This document shows, piece by piece, positions 1-11,539 of a stretch of 64,000 nucleotides of DNA (position 1 is the stretch's first letter; the number at the start of each line of letters is the position of its first letter). Position numbers and translations under genes: made by a program. The stretch is from a virus. The notes below the pieces were generated by a model that saw only the letters and a list, made by a program, of their open reading frames with translations, searched no databases and had not been told where the DNA came from. The stretch is from positions 64,001-128,000 of the IMG/VR virus record IMGVR_UViG_3300026320_000001; one strand, given 5' to 3'.

Positions 1-249
1 GACAATAGAAAATCAAATCTTAGAATTTGTGAACATTTTGAAAACATTATTCACAGTAAGATTTATTCAAATAATACATCTGGTGTAAAGGGTGTTTATT
101 GGGATAAAAATAGAAATAAATGGATGGCATTGATAACAGTAAATAAAAAAGATATTCATTTGGGTAGATATGATGAATTTGATGATGCTGTAAAAGCAAG
201 AAAAGATGCCGAAGAAAAATATCATAAAGAATTTATATATAAAAATTAA
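1..249 (+). CDS. HNH-AP2 homing-type endonuclease, C-terminal part (runs off the window)
   Basis: Frame 1 reads DNRKSNLR...NNTSGVKGVYWDKNRNKWMALITVNKKDIHLGRYDEFDDAVKARKDAEEKY*, the end of an HNH domain plus an AP2 domain; not in the ORF track. Confidence 0.8.
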   Translation, partial: DNRKSNLRICEHFENIIHSKIYSNNTSGVKGVYWDKNRNKWMALITVNKKDIHLGRYDEFDDAVKARKDAEEKYHKEFIYKN

Positions 250-267
250 AAACAAGGAGATAATAAA

Positions 268-573
268 ATGAAAGACATGAACAAAACAACTATCATATAT
301 CATCCCGTATATCAAAAATTTACAGAATATGATGGTCAAGGTCAAATTATACAAGAAGGTTCTTTTAAGATAGATGGAAGGCAAGAAACTATTTTTGAAA
401 ATGATAGAGCAACAGTTATGTTTCTTGGTGACAATTCAAAAGGTGTGGCAAAAATTCATCCAGACGATATTCCCAATCTTAAAATGGGAAGAAGTATTGC
501 TTATCTTCGGGCAAGAATTTCATCTTATAAAAAGTTGTTGAGAAATAAAATAAAAGAAACACATGGCAAATGA
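268..573 (+). CDS. conserved phage hypothetical protein
   Basis: AGGAG RBS; GVAKIHPDD...GRSIAYLRA motif recalled from phage proteins. Confidence 0.6.
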   Translation: MKDMNKTTIIYHPVYQKFTEYDGQGQIIQEGSFKIDGRQETIFENDRATVMFLGDNSKGVAKIHPDDIPNLKMGRSIAYLRARISSYKKLLRNKIKETHGK

Positions 574-803
574 ATAATTATGATATAGAACATTTATCAT
601 TAAAAAAACTTTATGAATTAGTTGAACATCATGCTGGTTTAGATGATAGACTTTGTGATGGTGATTGCGATGAAGAATTTCCATATATAAAATGTGATAT
701 TTGTGAATCTAGACATTTTATAAATGAATTTGCAGAAGATATTAGAAATCATTTTCGCAATATGAATAATAATGATTTAAAAAAATATAGACATCCATCA
801 TTG

Positions 804-821
804 ATAAAATCTTAGTTTCAT
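804..821. repeat. junction inverted repeat ATAAAA-N6-TTTYAT
   Basis: ttgATAAAA TCTTAG TTTCATaaa, overlapping the stop of ORF 570-815. Confidence 0.8.
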
Positions 822-1287
822 AAATAAAAGGAAAAATTAAAATGTATATTTGGAATGTTATCGTTGAAGAAAAATGGAATTATCATGCTATAGATGATGA
901 TGGTGAGACAGATTTGGAATATTATGTTGTTGCCGCAGAAGATTTTAATGAAGCATTTAATAAGGTTGTAAAAATCGCTCTTGATAATTCAAGATGGTGG
1001 AAAGATGAACATGATGAAGGCAATGGAAAAGGATTTATAAATAAACCTATTTCATTGGAATTGGTATCCATTGAAAGAGGTGATTGGTTAGATGGATAAT
1101 ATAACCCAAAAACAATTAGATGAAATTTTCAGAGACAATGATAAAATAATTACAGATGGTCTTGAAATTTTCGATTCAATGATGAAAAAACTTATCGTAG
1201 ATGTTTTTACGGGTGGAAATGAAGAACATCAAAAAAGATTAAAAATTATATTAGATAATTTTTTGGTTGATATAAATAACCGAATGG

Positions 1288-1305
1288 ATAGAATGAGGTT
1301 TTCAT
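1288..1305. repeat. junction inverted repeat (variant)
   Basis: ATAGAA TGAGGT TTTCAT at the end of ORF 1092-1307. Confidence 0.65.
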
Positions 1306-2127
1306 AAATGAGAATTGATATAGAAGATATAAATAAAATCACGCATATTAGAAAGTTATACAATCAAATTCCATTAGAAAAAATTATATTTTATAAGAAT
1401 GAAAAACCTATGGAAATTGATTCTCGTATAATTGAAGAATTTAAATTCACTGGATTAAATAATATTGACTTTATTACAACTGGTTATTATTTAAGAAAAT
1501 ATGGTGAAAACGAATCAAGTGAAGAAATTGATACCGGATTAGAAGAATTAAAAATTCAACATATTAGTTTTCCAACAACTGGTCTTATTTTAGAATTAAA
1601 TGAATATCAAGCTAAAAATTTATTGGCTTTATTACAACTAATTGGAACAGGGTTAATTATGGAAAAATCTGAACAATATAATTCAAATGTTATTAGTGCA
1701 AATAATGGTGATTGGATTGGTGAAATTCGTTGGCAACTTGAAGATTATATAAAAGAAGATGGTCAAACAAACTTTGGTAAAGAACTTCCTGATTGGGCGG
1801 CGCAAAGAGGCCAATGGATTACCAAAAAACAATGGAAAGAAAAATATGGATAATTTATCATATTATTCAATACCAACAATCAGAATAGAATCTGATGATG
1901 AAAATGAATTTTTTGGTCTACCAAGAAAATTAATTTGGAAAAATAAAAAATGGTTATATCATGTTCATTGTGATGGTTCTGTATTTCATGTTGTTTCTTA
2001 TTATTTAATTTGGGATGGAGTTAATAAAAAAGTTGCAATGCCTTGTTCTGAAAAAAATTGCATTATGAATGCTCCAGTAAATATTCAAATTGAAGCATGG
2101 AAACTTTGTCGTGACAATGGAACGTTG

Positions 2128-2145
2128 ATAAAATAGAATTTTTAT
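2128..2145. repeat. junction inverted repeat
   Basis: ttgATAAAA TAGAAT TTTTAT, contains the stop at 2136, RBS follows directly. Confidence 0.85.
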
Positions 2146-3124
2146 GGAGAAAAAATGGAAGATAAAACGAAAGTGATTGAAGGAATTTCTAAAGAAGAAG
2201 CAGAAAAGATATTGAAAGAATTTGACAACACTGTTTTAATGGATTTGGCAAATAAAGAAAATGTTGTCATTTATAATGGATTAAAATTTGAAATTAAATT
2301 TTTCAATCCTAGAAATGGTGAAATCAGAATGAGATTAATTAAAGAAAATCAAGTAAAGATTGGATAATAAATGATTATTGAATTTTATGGCGACCAAAAT
2401 TTAAAAGAACTTCATAAAAATGTTGTTTTTGTATTTAAAAGATTGACAGAAAATAGAAGATGTCCAAAAGATAAATGTTCGCTATGCGATAAATTCAATA
2501 AAATTAATTTTTCAAAATGGCATCCAGAACAATCTGGAAAATATAATGACACTTGGAATATTATCGAATTGATGGAACATTATGGCTATCATTCATATGA
2601 ATATGATACCGTTTTATATACATCTAAATTTATATATCAAGAAACAGTTGGTAAACCAGATGTTATTATAACTGGAGATGGGTTGAGTTTTAATCAAGCT
2701 GTTTGCAATATGTTTGTCAAATATGGAAGATATTTAAAGGTTTTGCCAGCATGAATAAAATTAGATTAAATTGGCATGGAGATACAAAAATAGAAATTGA
2801 TTGTCACTTCTTTTCTTTTGAACCCGGTCAAAATGATGAAGTAATTAAAGATAATATAAGGGTGAGATACTTTGGAGATGATGATGATTTTCAACATTTT
2901 TCTCCAACACTTAAGGATATTTCAATTATAATGCATACGATGGTAGGTCATGGTGTTACTTGGCAATTAGCTAATGAGCTATCTAAAAGATTTAAATTAA
3001 ATCCATATGAAGTTTCTGAAAATCTTAGTGAAATTTTTGAAGAATATTATAATATTTCCGAAGATGAATCAGACCAAAGATGGGAAAGCAAAGAAAATCC
3101 ATCATTATATGCACCAATGACTTA

Positions 3125-3142
3125 AGGAAACGTACATTTTAT
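3125..3142. repeat. junction inverted repeat (degenerate)
   Basis: AGGAAA CGTACA TTTTAT at the stop of the ORF ending 3125. Confidence 0.45.
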
Positions 3143-3340
3143 TTAAAAAATAAGAAAGAGAAATAATATGAATGGAAAGATAAAGTTAAAAAAAGGAGAT
3201 ACTATATTAGTATATGGTTCTTCTGTTGCAGTTGAATTAGAAGTTGATACAATTATATTGGTAACAGAGGATACCTTCTTATCATTTATAAAAAACTTAC
3301 CTAAAGACGCTGATTATAGAATTACATTACAATCTGATTA

Positions 3341-3358
3341 ATAAAATAAGTGTTTTAT
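3341..3358. repeat. junction inverted repeat
   Basis: ttaATAAAA TAAGTG TTTTAT between the stop at 3341 and the RBS of 3370. Confidence 0.85.
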
Positions 3359-3369
3359 GGAGAAAATAA

Positions 3370-3903
3370 ATGAGTGTTGTTGCAGTTAAAATTATTAATA
3401 ATGAAAAAAATATTGGATTTGAAATATCTAGTGATTCTATTATGACCAGAAATGCAACTCAATCTAAAAATAACACATCTGATTTTGTAAAACTTTATGA
3501 AATAAATGATATTGTTGTTGGAACTGCTGGATATGCAGAAGATTCTTCTTTAATGAAATTATTTATTGAAACAACAAAACCATCTAGTTCTACTGAAACA
3601 GGTTTACTCGAATTTATATCCAGATTTCAAGATTGGAAAAAAAAGAAAACTGATAATGGAAGCATAAATAGCACTTTTTTTATTGGGTATGAATATAAAA
3701 TTTTTTATATAAGTGGATGGCATATCCAACAAATAACAAAATATGATGCAATTGGTGCAGGACAAGATTTTGCATTGGCATCATTATATCTTGGACACAA
3801 TACTAAAGAAGCCGTAAAAACTGCAATTGAACTTTCTGTTTATTGTGAAGAACCCATAATAACAATAGAAAAATATATAACATTAGGAAAACAATATGTT
3901 TGA
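3370..3903 (+). CDS. Ntn-hydrolase (proteasome beta/HslV-like) peptidase
   Basis: N-terminal (M)SVVAV, SSDS, VVGTAG, AIGAGQDFALASL, EAVKTAIELSVYC match the beta-subunit pattern; Ser at the nucleophile position. Confidence 0.75.
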   Translation: MSVVAVKIINNEKNIGFEISSDSIMTRNATQSKNNTSDFVKLYEINDIVVGTAGYAEDSSLMKLFIETTKPSSSTETGLLEFISRFQDWKKKKTDNGSINSTFFIGYEYKIFYISGWHIQQITKYDAIGAGQDFALASLYLGHNTKEAVKTAIELSVYCEEPIITIEKYITLGKQYV

Positions 3904-4421
3904 AAATAATGAAAGAAAACAATTAACAGAAGAACATATGGAAAATCCAAAAGTAGGGGATAGGTTTTCTGAAATGTTGGCTTTTTGGGTTTATGTTTTA
4001 CATGTCAATAATGATTTAAAAACAATTATTACTTTATCTGCACACGCTCCTGCCGAACTTCCAAAAGACGGAAAAATTGAATATCAAACTTTTGATGAAT
4101 TTCGCACAAGATTTCATTATAGCGGAGGAGAAGATTATTGGGTATCTTATATAGATGGAAATAATGATGTTGAAGGTTGGTATTAATATTATGAACAATA
4201 TGTGGACAGCAAAATATTGGAATAAAAATCAATGGATAGATATTGAACTTATAAATATAAAATCTGGAATGACTATATATGTAGTTGAACCGGATGGAAA
4301 TGTTGTTTGGAATAATGTTTTTAATTCATCACGATTAAAAGTTACTAAAGATGCTTGTTATAATGAAGATGGAAATATAGAAATAGAATTTATTAAAGGA
4401 GAAGTTGAATTAAATGACTGA
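3896..4421 (+). other. two hypothetical genes (3896-4186, ~4191-4421)
   Basis: ORF track, coupled starts and stops. Confidence 0.6.
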
Positions 4422-4851
4422 AAATATTTCGATAGTATATCATGATAAAGATATGCCTCATATTGAATATGTAGATGGAAAATCTGATTGGTTAGATTTA
4501 AGGTCTGTTGAACGATACCATTTATTAAGAGGAGAATATAAACATATTTCTTTGGGAGTTTCCATTAAATTACCAGATAATTATGAAGCTTATATCATTC
4601 CAAGAAGTTCACTTTTTAAAAATTATGGGTTAATGCAAGCTAATTCATTTGGTCTTATTGATAATAGTTATTGTGGAAATGAAGATATATGGAAATTCAC
4701 AGCCTATGCAACTATGGAAACTATTATTAATAAATATGATAGAATTTGCCAATTTAGAATAATGATAAAACAACCCGATATTAATTTTGTTGTGGTTGAT
4801 AAATTGGATGGTGATACTCGTGGTGGATTCGGCAGTACCGGAAAAAAATAA
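4414..4851 (+). CDS. dut: trimeric dUTPase
   Basis: DWLDL, IPRSS, GLIDNSYCG, DRICQ and RGGFGSTG motifs. Confidence 0.95.
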   Translation: MTENISIVYHDKDMPHIEYVDGKSDWLDLRSVERYHLLRGEYKHISLGVSIKLPDNYEAYIIPRSSLFKNYGLMQANSFGLIDNSYCGNEDIWKFTAYATMETIINKYDRICQFRIMIKQPDINFVVVDKLDGDTRGGFGSTGKK

Positions 4852-4853
4852 TC

Positions 4854-4885
4854 ATAAGGAAAGGTCATATATGACTTTTCCTTAT
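4854..4885 (+). terminator. hairpin, probable intrinsic terminator after dut
   Basis: ATAAGGAAAGGTCAT-AT-ATGACTTTTCCTTAT followed by a T-rich tract. Confidence 0.65.
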
Positions 4886-4896
4886 TTATTTTAACC

Positions 4897-4925
4897 TTGA
4901 CAATTTGTGTAAAATATGATAGAAT
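4897..4925 (+). promoter_or_regulatory. sigma70/SigA-type promoter
   Basis: TTGACA-17 bp-TAGAAT with extended TG. Confidence 0.8.
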
Positions 4926-5368
4926 CAAATATATTAAAAACAGGAGAATTATTATGGCAACCCTACAGATTGACCTTGAAATATCTATTGAATGTGAAAA
5001 ATGCGGGAATAAATCTAAACCAAAATTTAATGAATCTTCTGCGCGTATATGGGCAATTACAAATGGTTGGCATATAAATTATATTAACGATACTGCCATT
5101 TGTTCTTCATGTCGAACAAAAAATCTTTTAGGAATAAAAAATGGAAAAAACTAATTTTATAAATTTTTGTGGAATAGCTAATTTTGATGAGATAATTACA
5201 TCGCAATTTTTATTATATGTTTATTATAATAAATTAGAAAATAAAAATGAAATTGAATTATCTGAGTTTATTAAAAAAGAAAGAACTATTACTGAATGGC
5301 AATTTATTTGTGATGGATTTTTAGAATCTCTAACTATTGTTAAAAACGCTTGGGATATAAAATAATAA

Positions 5369-5386
5369 ATAAAATGTGCATTTCAT
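5369..5386. repeat. junction inverted repeat
   Basis: ATAAAA TGTGCA TTTCAT between the stop at 5365 and the RBS of 5399. Confidence 0.8.
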
Positions 5387-5811
5387 AATTGAGGAATAAT
5401 GGCAAAAAGAATTAATATTGATGGAAAATTTTATCGTAATCGCAGAGGGAAACTTGTTCAAATTCCTGATGAATGGCTTGGTAAAACTACTGACCGTCAA
5501 ACAATAAAAAAAAGAAATTCTATTTCTAGACGGACAAGAAAGAATAAAAATAAATCAACATAGGAAACAATAATGATAGGTATAGGTAAAGTAATTAAAT
5601 CTGTTGCTGGTGGATATGCATATTTTGAAGTTGAAAAAGATTATATAGAATATATAGATACTAAAAAAATAAAATTTCTAGTTCGTAAAATTGAAAGAAA
5701 AAATGAACATGATTTTGATATAGAAATGTTTCCGTATAAGTATGATAAGCCTGATTATCAAAACCCCGAATTTTTAACCCTATATTGTGATATAGCAATC
5801 ATAAGATATAA

Positions 5812-5829
5812 ATAAAATACAGATTTTAT
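5812..5829. repeat. junction inverted repeat
   Basis: ATAAAA TACAGA TTTTATcaa; its TAA is the stop of ORF 5573-5815. Confidence 0.85.
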
Positions 5830-6787
5830 CAAGGAAAATAAAATGACAATATTAAATCAAACTTACACTGGAATGCCTTGCCCACTTTCTATTCACTATC
5901 TTAAGGATACGATTAAAAACAGAGGTAACTCATCAATGATGATGCAAATATCTGTTTCAGCTTGGGAATTAGCAATAGTTTTGGACAGACTAGATTATCT
6001 TGAAAGATATGAAAAATATGTTCAAACAGCAATTGAAAAAGGTGTTCCTTATAAATGAAAATTAATATGATTAATAGCATAAATAAATATAATCAAGAGT
6101 TAAAAAATTTAAATTATCAAATAATTATTGCAACAAATGAAACTCAAATTTTTATAAATCTTATATCTGCTTATATTTATAAATCTTGGTGGCAACGAAT
6201 TCAATATTGGTTGAGATTAAAATGAAAGAAACCGTGTCATTATGAATGATTCACAAAAGTTATTATTAGATATTTCAAAAGACCCTGAAAAATCAGAAAG
6301 ATTTTTTAAGATTGTTGCGGCTGATAAATTAATTCGCAAAGGAAAATTATTGTTGATTGTTTGTTTATGTTTGTTTATTGGATTTATGTTTGGGAAAATA
6401 TTATGAAAATACAATATCATAATTGTGAAGAATTAAAAAAAGAAATTCATGGTTTGAAATATCTTGATGCATTACATGCAATAACAATATGGCATCATGA
6501 TGTTCAAAAATTTTGGATAATGTCTTTATATCAACACGCAGATATAATTATTAATTATTGTCCATTTTGTGGAGTTAAATTAAAATGAATTGTGATTATT
6601 GTAATAGTAGAATTATTGAAGAAGATGAAAATTGTTCTCATTGTGGTGCGCCAATAAAAGACTATTATTCTACAAAAGAATGGATTTCTAAATTAAATAT
6701 TTATAATAATCTAAAAGATTTTAAACTTGGAAATGAAATACATATATCTTCTCTTTCAAATTCAATAGAATATTTTGAAAAACATTC

Positions 6788-6805
6788 ATAAAATGAAAGA
6801 TTCAT
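6788..6805. repeat. junction inverted repeat (variant)
   Basis: ATAAAA TGAAAG ATTCAT; its TAA is the stop of ORF 6585-6791. Confidence 0.65.
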
Positions 6806-7511
6806 AAAGGAAAACATGATTATAGAGAAAAGAAAAAATCCATCATATCAAGTTGGAGATATAAGATTAAAAAGAGGATTTATTTTTTTAAAAACAATAA
6901 ACAATATAACAAAATTTTTATCTAATGAAATTTGGACTGAAAAATTATTAGATAAAAATATATGGGAATCCTTACAATGGGGATGGAGTATGTCGAATAT
7001 AGGTGAAAGAGTTTTTATAAACAATATTCAATTAATGCATACTAGAGGTTTGGGATTCAAAGAAGGTAAAAAAAATTTTATAGAAAATATTTTGATATAT
7101 GGAAGTGAAAATAGAATAAAATATGAAATTATAAATTATTTCTTTGAAAATACATATCCAAATAAAGAATATACAATTGAATCAAGAGAAGATAGAGCAG
7201 TTTTAGTGAAATTCACAAATAATCCATATGTTCAATCAATTATCTATGATACATATAATAATTTTTTAGAAGGTATTGGAATTGATAAAAAAATTATTAA
7301 TAAATATAAGTTAAAAAATTACAATGTTTTTCATAGCAAAGGAAAAAATGAAACCACTTAAATACATAAAAGAATTATCCAAAAAAACAATTGAATGGTA
7401 TAATATTTTAAAGATTTCTGAAACAGGAACAATTCCACCTAAAGAAGAATGGGCTAAACATTTCAATGTTTCCATTGGACTTTATGAACATGTTCAATTA
7501 GAAATGAATAA

Positions 7512-7815
7512 ATGAAAAATCCTAAAACGGTTTATTTTTGGTGGAGTGTTGGTCATGTCTATCAAGCAGAATTTGTTCGATGGGTTATTAAGAGAATGCA
7601 TAATGGCAGAGATGATACCAATAAATTAGGAGTTGCTGTTTTACTTGAATCTGATTGGTTATTTAATAATGTCAAAATATCTTATGGTTGCAAAAGAGGG
7701 CAATATATTCTTAGACCGACCATATACAGATTTATATCGTTCGTATAATAAAGCTTATAGTGGAATTGATAAAATAAGAAGACCAACTGTTGAACAAATA
7801 CGATTAATAAAATAA
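7512..7815 (+). pseudogene. hypothetical gene apparently frameshifted by a 4-bp duplication
   Basis: GACCGACC at 7714-7721; removing one GACC joins ORFs 7512-7748 and 7633-7815 in frame (...QYILRPYTDLY...). Confidence 0.5.
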
Positions 7816-7824
7816 ATCTTTTAT
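7807..7824. repeat. junction inverted repeat
   Basis: ttaATAAAA TAAATC TTTTATaaa, contains the stop at 7815. Confidence 0.85.
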
Positions 7825-7837
7825 AAAGGAATCTAGT

Positions 7838-8317
7838 ATGTCGTACAAAAATTTTAATAAAGATTTGCCAGCATCTATAAGAAATGAAAATGATATTTCA
7901 AATAAATTTTTAGAATTTTATGGATGGAAAACTTTAGGACGCGGTGGAAAAAGTAATAAATTTGATTTATTAATTCAAACAAATAAGCGTCAAATAAAAG
8001 TAGAAGCAAAACAAGATTTCACCTGTAAAAAAACTGGCAATGTTGGATTAGAATATCATTGCAGAGGAAAGCCAAGCGGAATCAATGTTACGGAATCTGA
8101 TTATTATGTTTATACAATTCACAGAAAAAATGAGATTGTTTTTAGAATTGCAAAAACCGAAGTATTGAAATACATGGTTGAGAATAACCTGTATCATCGT
8201 TGGGTTAATGGTGGAGATAAAGGTAGTGATAGTTTGAATTATTTATTTACATATAATGTATTCTGCACAGGTTCTAGCAGAATATTTTTTGAGAAGGGAA
8301 CACCAAAAATTGAGTAA
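7838..8317 (+). CDS. PD-(D/E)xK-like phage nuclease
   Basis: FDLL...KVEAKQD...KTGNVGLEY...GKPSGINVTESDY pattern. Confidence 0.6.
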   Translation: MSYKNFNKDLPASIRNENDISNKFLEFYGWKTLGRGGKSNKFDLLIQTNKRQIKVEAKQDFTCKKTGNVGLEYHCRGKPSGINVTESDYYVYTIHRKNEIVFRIAKTEVLKYMVENNLYHRWVNGGDKGSDSLNYLFTYNVFCTGSSRIFFEKGTPKIE

Positions 8318-11300
8318 CTATATAAATTACCATAGTCATTCGCACTATAGCAATGTGATTGTTCCAGATTCGACAATTTCAAATAAAGATAGGGCGAATA
8401 GGGTTTTAGAATTAGAACAAAATGTTTTGAGTTCTGTAGAACACGGCTATGTTGGTCGTCCAATAGAAATTATTGAATTATCAAAACAATATAATTTAAA
8501 GCCTTTATTGGGTGTTGAAACATATTATGTTCGAGATAGAAAAGAAAAAGATAAAACAAATGCACATTTAATTCTTTTGGCAAAAAATGAAGAAGGTAGA
8601 AAAGAAATAAATTGGGCATTATCTGAAGGAAATGTTTCTGGATATTATTATCGTGCCAGAATTGATGATGAACTTTTATTTAATATAAATCCAAATAATG
8701 TTTGGGTTACTTCTGCATGTCTTGGTGGAATTTGGAAATACGAAGATGCAGATGATATTGTTTTAAAAATGAAATCATATTTTGGTTTGAATTTTTTCTT
8801 AGAAGTTCAGGCACATAATGTTGAACCACAAAAAGAATTGAATCAAAGAATTGTAAATCTATCTAAGAAACACAACATTAAAATTATAGCTGGTGCAGAT
8901 AGTCATATGATTTTTCCAAATCAGGCAAAAGACCGTGATGACTATTTATTATCAAGAGGAATTGAATATCCAGAAGAACAAGGTTGGTTTTTAGATTTTC
9001 CTTCATATGATGAATTTAAGAATCGATTTGAAATTCAGGGAATTTTAAATAAAAACCAAATTGTAGAAGCATTGGACAATACTAATATATTTCAAAATGT
9101 TGAAGAATATAGTTCAATAATTTTTGATAATACAAAAATTAAACTTCCAACAATTTATCCAACTAAAAATCAAGAAGAAAAAGATAACATATTTAAAAAT
9201 ATGGTTTGGAATTTATGGAGTCTTGAAAAAGATAATGTGCCAGAAGAAAAATGGAATCATTATGAAGAAGAAATTCAAAAAGAAATGGATATTATTCTTG
9301 AAACCGGAATGTCTGATTATTTTCTATTAAATTATGAGGTTGTAAAAAAGGGAAAAGAATTAGGTGGTTCAATTACCTTAACTGGTAGAGGTTCAGCACC
9401 ATCATTCTATATTACAAAATTACTTGGACTAACAACTATTGATAGAATTTCTGCATCTGTAAAAATGTTTCCAGAAAGATTTATTTCCAAAGAAAGATTG
9501 TTGGAAACAAAGTCACTTCCAGATTTTGATTTCAATCTTGGTACTCCAGAAATTTTTGCACAAGCACAGGTAGAGATAGTGGGTGAGGGTAGAAGTTATC
9601 CCATGATTGCATTTGGAACAACTAAAAATTTAAGTGCTTGGAAATTATATGCCAGAAGTGCTGGAATTGATTTTGATACTTCAAATCATGTATCAGAACA
9701 ATTAACACAATTTGAATTAGATTATAAGCACGCAGAAGAAGATGATAAAGAAAATTTAAATGTTCTTGATTATATTGACAAAGAATTACATCAAACATTT
9801 TTAGAAAGTAGAAAATATATCGGACTCGTAAATTCTTTGACTATTCATCCATGCGGTTATCTTCTTGCAGATTTTGATTTACGAAAAGAATTTGGTCTTA
9901 TAAAAATAAAAACAGGAAATGTAGAACATATCTGTGTTGCTTGTGATGGACTATTTGCAGAACAATATAAATTACTTAAAAATGATTTATTGAAAGTTGC
10001 CGTTGTTGATTTAATTTATAGAACTTATAAAAGAATTGGAATTAAACCACATCCATTACCAGAACTTTTAAAAATTTGTGAAAACAATGAAAAAGTTTGG
10101 AATATTTATAAAAGTGCTTGTGGTATGGGAATTAATCAAATTGAACAACCCGGAACTGTTGGCAGAGTTGCAAAATATGCGCCAACAAATATATCAGAAC
10201 TATCTGCTTTTGTTGCGGCTATCAGGCCGGGTTTTAAATCAAATTATAAACAATTTGAGGCACGTGAAAAATTTGAATATGGGATTCCAACTCTAGACAA
10301 ATTGATTCAAACTGATGAATTTCCACAGAGTTATATGCTTTATCAAGAAAATGCAATGAGTGTTATGGCATATGCAAAAATTCCTATGTATGAAACATAT
10401 GAGATAATAAAAAATATTGCCAAAAAGAGATATGCAAAAGTTATAAAATATAAAGAACAATTTACTGGAGGAATGAAAGAAAAACTTATTGAGGAAAAAG
10501 TTTCAATGAGAGATTCCGAAGAAACAGCCAGTATGACTTGGCAAATTATTGAAGATAGTTCAAGATATAGTTTCAATTGTAGTCATTCTTACAGTGTTGC
10601 TGGTGATAGTTTATATGGAGCATGGCTTAAAGCGAATTATCCATATGAATTTTATGAAGTATTTCTTCAAATGCTTGAAGATGATGCAGACAAAGAAAGA
10701 CTTGCAAAAACAAAGATTGAAGCTGAAAAACATTTTGGAATTAAATTTCCTCCATATCGTTTTGGTCAAGATAATAGGGGAATCATTGCCGATAAAAAGA
10801 ATAAAACAATTTCATCAAGTTTGAAAAGCATAAAAAGTTTCAACCATCAAATCAGTGAAGATTTATATGAATTAGGAAAAAACAAATATAATACATTTAT
10901 TGATTTTTTAATTGATGCCGAAGAAAATGGATATATATCTTCTAAATTTGAAAAACTTATTAAAATAAAATATTTTCAATCATTTGGAAACAATAAAAAA
11001 CTTTTGACAATTTGGGAAGAATTCAAAAAGGGTAAAAATAGATATGCTAAAAAACTTTCCGATAAATCAAAAGAAAAAAGAATTCCATTGTTGTTAGAAA
11101 TAGAAAAAAATACACCAAATGATAATTTGACTTTTAGAGAACAAATATTGGCAGAACAAGAAATTCTTGAACATGTACAAGCTGTATATCCAAATGTAGA
11201 TAAAAAATATATTTATGTTATGGGATTGAACGATAAATATGCTCCAAGAGTTCAAGCATATTCTATCAATGGTGGAACACAATCAACCCTAAAAATATAT

Positions 11301-11480
11301 AAGGCACAATTTGCAGAAAAACCATTTGGATTTGGTGATATTCTTTATTGTAAATCTTTTGAGAAAAAATTTGCTGTAAAATATGTTGATGGAGAATATC
11401 TTGAAAATAAAGAACAAATTGTCTGGTGGCTAACAGATTATAATGTTATTCAGGATGTTGATAAAATAATTGGGGGTTGA
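8310..11480 (+). CDS. dnaE: DNA polymerase III alpha subunit (C family, PHP domain); probable TTG start at 8310
   Basis: YHSHSHYS, VEHG, HLILLAKN, ADSH, GRGSA, PERF, LPDFD, HPCG, KNDLL, AAIRPG, YQE, YSFNCSHS. Confidence 0.95.
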   Translation: MSNYINYHSHSHYSNVIVPDSTISNKDRANRVLELEQNVLSSVEHGYVGRPIEIIELSKQYNLKPLLGVETYYVRDRKEKDKTNAHLILLAKNEEGRKEINWALSEGNVSGYYYRARIDDELLFNINPNNVWVTSACLGGIWKYEDADDIVLKMKSYFGLNFFLEVQAHNVEPQKELNQRIVNLSKKHNIKIIAGADSHMIFPNQAKDRDDYLLSRGIEYPEEQGWFLDFPSYDEFKNRFEIQGILNKNQIVEALDNTNIFQNVEEYSSIIFDNTKIKLPTIYPTKNQEEKDNIFKNMVWNLWSLEKDNVPEEKWNHYEEEIQKEMDIILETGMSDYFLLNYEVVKKGKELGGSITLTGRGSAPSFYITKLLGLTTIDRISASVKMFPERFISKERLLETKSLPDFDFNLGTPEIFAQAQVEIVGEGRSYPMIAFGTTKNLSAWKLYARSAGIDFDTSNHVSEQLTQFELDYKHAEEDDKENLNVLDYIDKELHQTFLESRKYIGLVNSLTIHPCGYLLADFDLRKEFGLIKIKTGNVEHICVACDGLFAEQYKLLKNDLLKVAVVDLIYRTYKRIGIKPHPLPELLKICENNEKVWNIYKSACGMGINQIEQPGTVGRVAKYAPTNISELSAFVAAIRPGFKSNYKQFEAREKFEYGIPTLDKLIQTDEFPQSYMLYQENAMSVMAYAKIPMYETYEIIKNIAKKRYAKVIKYKEQFTGGMKEKLIEEKVSMRDSEETASMTWQIIEDSSRYSFNCSHSYSVAGDSLYGAWLKANYPYEFYEVFLQMLEDDADKERLAKTKIEAEKHFGIKFPPYRFGQDNRGIIADKKNKTISSSLKSIKSFNHQISEDLYELGKNKYNTFIDFLIDAEENGYISSKFEKLIKIKYFQSFGNNKKLLTIWEEFKKGKNRYAKKLSDKSKEKRIPLLLEIEKNTPNDNLTFREQILAEQEILEHVQAVYPNVDKKYIYVMGLNDKYAPRVQAYSINGGTQSTLKIYKAQFAEKPFGFGDILYCKSFEKKFAVKYVDGEYLENKEQIVWWLTDYNVIQDVDKIIGG

Positions 11481-11525
11481 CAAAACAATCTTAATATGGT
11501 AGAATCATATTAAGATTGTTTTTTT
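11477..11525 (+). promoter_or_regulatory. SigA-type promoter embedded in the dnaE terminator hairpin
   Basis: TTGACA (11477)-17 bp-TAGAAT (11500); 17-bp perfect inverted repeat 11482-11498/11506-11522 followed by Ts. Confidence 0.75.
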
Positions 11526-11539
11526 ATGGGGAAAAATTG

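Larger units (their letters stand above)
570..3341 (+). other. array of small co-oriented hypothetical genes (570-815, 842-1099, 1092-1307, 1308-1853, ~1846-2136, 2155-2367, 2371-2754, ~2751-3125, 3168-3341)
   Basis: Tightly packed or overlapping ORFs, several with RBS; 3168-3341 (57 aa) read manually; no recognisable family. Confidence 0.7.
4954..7815 (+). other. array of small hypothetical genes, several with CxxC zinc-ribbon motifs (4954-5154, 5141-5365, 5399-5563, 5573-5815, 5843-6058, 6242-6406, 6403-6588, 6585-6791, 6816-7361, ~7348-7515, 7512-7815)
   Basis: ORF track plus manual reading; RBS or coupled starts. Confidence 0.65.
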
